Assembly: GCF_006345805.1 (NCBI RefSeq)
Contig: NC_043007.1
Span: 20,832,001-20,896,000 of the forward strand
DNA: 64,000 nt
Direction: 5' to 3'
Source: Octopus sinensis
Lineage: Eukaryota
Below, piece after piece: positions 60,158-64,000 of the stretch. Position numbers and translations under genes: made by a program. The notes beneath the pieces are model-generated. The model was not told the origin of the DNA. It saw only the letters and a list, made by a program, of their open reading frames with translations, and ran no database searches. How positions within the stretch are numbered: position 1 is the first letter of the stretch; each line of letters starts with the position of its first letter.

Positions 60158-60526
60158 TCTCTATATATATAAAGCTGAAGTTGTCTGTGTATGACAGGTT
60201 TGGTAGCCTTCAACTGACACTATCTCCTCCGAGACCCTGTGGCGCAAGTCGACCAAAATTGAGAGTATGATAGAAGAAGGCTTGCTCTTCATTCTGTAGA
60301 AGAAAAAATTCAAATCGGACCATGTTAACACCAAAAATTATTTACATCAAAAAGATGCTTTTTTTCTCTGAAAATCCCTATTTTTTACGATTTTTTGACT
60401 GCTGTGTCGCCATTTTTTGGTGTATTTCAACCAGAACAAGTTACATAATGCAAAATTTTTACTTTTCAAAAATTCCAATTCTAAAGGGTCGAAACAAACC
60501 TGAGCAATGCTGGGCGATACTGCTAG
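60158..60526 (+). mobile_element. Non-autonomous Helitron-like element, full length
   Basis: A|TCTCTATATATATAAAGCTGAAG ... GC-rich hairpin cctgagcaatgctggg ... CTAG|T, with no TSD. Same family at 2914-3306 (-), about 13639-14024 (+), about 37830-37940 (+, 5' part) and about 62247-62420 (-, 3' part). Confidence 0.75.
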
Positions 60527-62457
60527 TTATAGTAAAATGAATTTCGCCATTGGTGATGTTTTGCAAAAAAACTTTAGATTCAGATGGTTTATTAGATTAA
60601 CTTATAAATTATAATTTTAGAACTGTAGTTCAGATTAACTTCCTCCTCATTTCAACCTCATATTTCAATGATCAAATAGGTTGTTAACCTTGGAACTAAA
60701 ATAAAAAAAATAAAAACAAAACAAACCATTTTACTACAGACAATATTTAAACGTATTTCTTCTGGCCCTGAGCGTTATGATTAACCTATCAACTTACAGT
60801 TCTGAGCACTTCCCAAATTGTCCAGATATGAATCAAGTAGTTTATTTACATCATTTGATAGCAGTATATATACACACACACATACACACACATGTTGTGT
60901 GTGTCCATTCGTTAGTATAGAAGGAATGGTTTTTATAGTGTCCATTTGTTAGTAAATGGTTTATCTCTCTTTTACTTGTTTCAGTCATTTGACTGTGGCC
61001 ATGCTGGAGCACCACCTTTTAGTTGCGCACATCGACCCCCGGAACTTATTCTTTGTAAGCCCAGTATTTATTCTATTGGTCTCCTTTGCTGAACCGCTAA
61101 GTGACGGGGACGTAAACACACCAGCATTGGTTGTCAAGCAATGCTAGGGGGACAAACACAGACACACAAACACACACACACACTTATATATATACATATA
61201 TACGACAGGCTTCTTTCAGTTTCCATCTACCAAATCCACTCACAAGGCATTGGTCGGCCCGGGGCTATAGCAGAAGACACTTGCCCAAGATGCCACGCAG
61301 TGGGACTGAACCCGGAACCATGTGGTTGGTAAGCAAGCTACTTACCACACAGCCACTCCTGCGCCTAGTTTAGTAATATTTTTTACACAAACTACTCTGC
61401 AATTACTTACTGTATATATTTTTATCTCTTAATGTACTTGTTTACAAATTGGGAGTGTACCTGCTTCCAGCTACTTCAAACTGGTAAATAAAATAATATA
61501 CTAAACTTGCCTGATGGTGGAAATACTAACTCATTATCAATTAATGCTGTTTAGACTGAAAATTTATTTTTTAAATAATTCAGCTGTCTAGCATCGTTAA
61601 CAGTCATCATGGATTTATTTTGCTAAGTTTATAAAAACATTTTCTCCATTTTTTTTCTCAGGCTTTAAACCAATCCTATTTTCTTGGTTATGTGTGATTT
61701 TAACAATAGAAACGGGTGTCATACTTCGGACACCTGACAGAAACTGAAGTGTTTCATTTTTCATTTAACGTAAAAAAGCAACAACTTTAAGTCAACAAAG
61801 ATGTCTGTTGTTTCAGTTTTCTAAAGTCAAGATTTTCCCCCCTTCTCGTTTAGTGTATTGCGTAGTTATAAAGCTAACCCTGAGGTTACTGACCTATTTC
61901 CTTCCACCTCGCATTCATATCTCTGTGTGTAAAACTGGTACAAATGCAACTAAAACTTTCATTTACTGTTGCACTGATTTTAGTATCTAGGTGTCTTCTT
62001 CACCTCCCACTTTCTCTCTCATGTGCCTTCACATTTAGCTGCACTCAATATTGGTGATGTTAGAGCAACATTGCACTATGTCTAATTAATAGGCCCCTTT
62101 TAGACGAGTTTTAAACCCGGATCTAATGTTTGTATCTTTTTTTTAAATCTCATCTGATATTTGAGATTAATATAATCCTGATTTTCAAATATCTTTATCA
62201 TCATTATCATTTAACAAAGATTTTTCTATATTAACATTTAATGTATACTAGCAGTATTGCCCGGCGTTGCTCTGGTTCGTTTTGACCCTTTAGAATTGGA
62301 AATTTTGAAAAGTAAAAATTTTGCATTATGTAAGTGAACTTTTTTTCTGGTTGAAATACACCGTAAAATGGCGACACAGCAGTCAAAAAATTGTAAAAAA
62401 TAGGGATTTTCGTATGACAAAGTCATACACACATAAATATACATATGTGTATATATG

Positions 62458-62513
<56 letters not shown>

Positions 62514-62934
62514 GCTTCTTTCAGAGTCTATACTAGAAGACACTTGCCCAAGGTGCCACACAGTGGACTGAACCCAGAACCATGTGGTTGGGGAGCAAGC
62601 TTCTGACCATAGCCATGCCTGCAACTAGCAGAAATTACTGTGGTACTTGTTCAATGTACTGCACTGTGGGGGTTGAGACTGGAACCATGTGATTGCAAAG
62701 CAAACTCCTTAACTATTCCTCTATCTGTGTCTCTATCCAAAATATTTATTTTTCACATCCTGTAGGTCATGGTTAATTTTCCCCTCTGTATAGTTTCCTG
62801 CATAAAGCATTTTTTTAATATATATATATATAAAGAAATCCCATTGCTCTGAAATTCTGAAAGCTGAGGTTAATAGGAGGGTTAGCAAAAGGGGAAGGAA
62901 TCAAATTGAATTTGAAATCAAATTCGATGACTGG

Positions 62935-63370
62935 CATTCATGCTAGTGGAGCACTAAGAGTACCATCTCAGTGTGATCGTTGCCAGAGCAGCTAACTGGC
63001 TTCCGTGCTGGTGGCATGTAAAAAGCACCATTGAAGTGTGATAGTTGCCAGTGTTGCCTTACTGGCACGTGAAAAAAACATTCGAGCGAGGTCGTTGCCA
63101 GTGCCGTTGGACTGGCTCCTGTGCTGGTGGCACATAAAAGGCACCATTTGAGCGTGGCTGTTGCCAGTACCGTCTGACAAGCCCTCGCGCTGGTGGCACG
63201 TAAAAGCACCCACTACACTCTCGGAGTGGTTGGCGTTAGGAAGGGCATCCAGCTGTAGAAACTCTGCCAGATCTGATTGGAGCCTGGTGTAGCCATCTGG
63301 TTCACCAGACCTCAGTCAAATCGTCCAACCCATGCTAGCATGGAAAGCGGACGTTAAACGATGATGATGA
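62935..63370 (+). mobile_element. Short retroposon family C with (GAT)n tail
   Basis: GTGGTTGGCGTTAGGAAGGGCATCCAGCTGTAGAAAC...GGACGTTAAACGATGATGATG. Other copies at about 2386-2545-, 3440-3790-, 17270-17480-, 19118-19375+, 32762-33050-, 33205-33535+, 48925-49175+, 54155-54420-, 56240-56580-. Confidence 0.8.
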
Positions 63371-64000
63371 GGAGGAGGAAGGAAAGGCTATATCTGAAGC
63401 TCCTAATATTAAAGGAACTAGTGAATTTCCAAGTCCTCTGCTTGTAGCAGGAATGACATTGACTGTCAGCTAGGGAACAAGAATTAAGGAAAGACCATGT
63501 TTGTTTGTTTACACAAGAGCAAGTGACTCATCTGTATATCTGAGATATCTTTCAACATTGTTTGTGTTAATTCCACTCCCATAATTCGGAGTTCCTGGAC
63601 TATTTCTAATAAGCACAGTGATTTATCTGAAGCTACTGAACTTAGTACAGCTACCAACATTTTTTTTTTTCCTGCCACAATCGTATGTCTGAATGAGTTC
63701 ACATTATGGCAATGTGGAGCAGTAGAAGAATTTGCAGAACTGTTGTGAAATCCAAATCACAAACTGGAAATTCAGAAAAACAAACCCGTGTATCTTTTGG
63801 TTGAATGTGGAATCAGGAATTTCGATACTCTCTGGATTAGTAATGGCAACTCATTTACCATTTGTTTTTGAATGTTTATGGGAATTTGCATTTTCTTTAT
63901 GCTTCTCAACCAAAGGCACAGGTTGTATGTTGAAGGCAGAATCATTAGCACGCCGGGCAAAATGCCTAGCGATGTTTCGTCTGCTGTTGCATTCTGAGTT

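Noticed and set aside
63484-63900. Minus-strand ORF fragments (LLEIVQELRIMGVELTQTMLK) faintly like an HTH-CENPB helix
   Set aside because: Resemblance too weak, frames broken, no splice support.

Overview
AT-rich, repeat-dense animal DNA. The SINE families, (TA)n/(TACA)n load and gene content point to an Octopus genome (inferred, not searched). Six protein-coding loci are supported. (1) An unidentified gene whose 688-nt first coding exon runs off the left edge (minus strand, absent from the ORF track). (2) A three-exon, intact 636-aa pogo/Fot1-type transposase-derived gene (HTH-psq + HTH-CENPB + DDE_1), reconstructed here from splice sites; its third catalytic Asp is Thr, so it is probably domesticated. 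(3) A single-exon RDH11/12-like SDR. (4) An orphan acidic two-TM protein. (5) An SPMIP1/ATP6V1FNB-like gene, head-to-head with (6) FBXL5, of which exons 1-2 (hemerythrin iron-sensing domain) are visible. The rest is layered mobile DNA: at least four SINE families, non-autonomous Helitrons, MITEs (pogo, hAT, piggyBac-like, foldback) and fragments of RTE, CR1, CRE-type, Penelope, Gypsy and DD37D mariner elements. The most notable observations are the spliced domesticated transposase, minimal type-I hammerhead ribozyme motifs in three Penelope-linked repeats (one with an intact core), perfect hairpins of 106 bp and 35 bp, head-to-tail CORE-SINE multimers, and a duplicated poison-exon-like unit in FBXL5 intron 2. 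Repeat boundaries are approximate. Exon boundaries were counted by hand.
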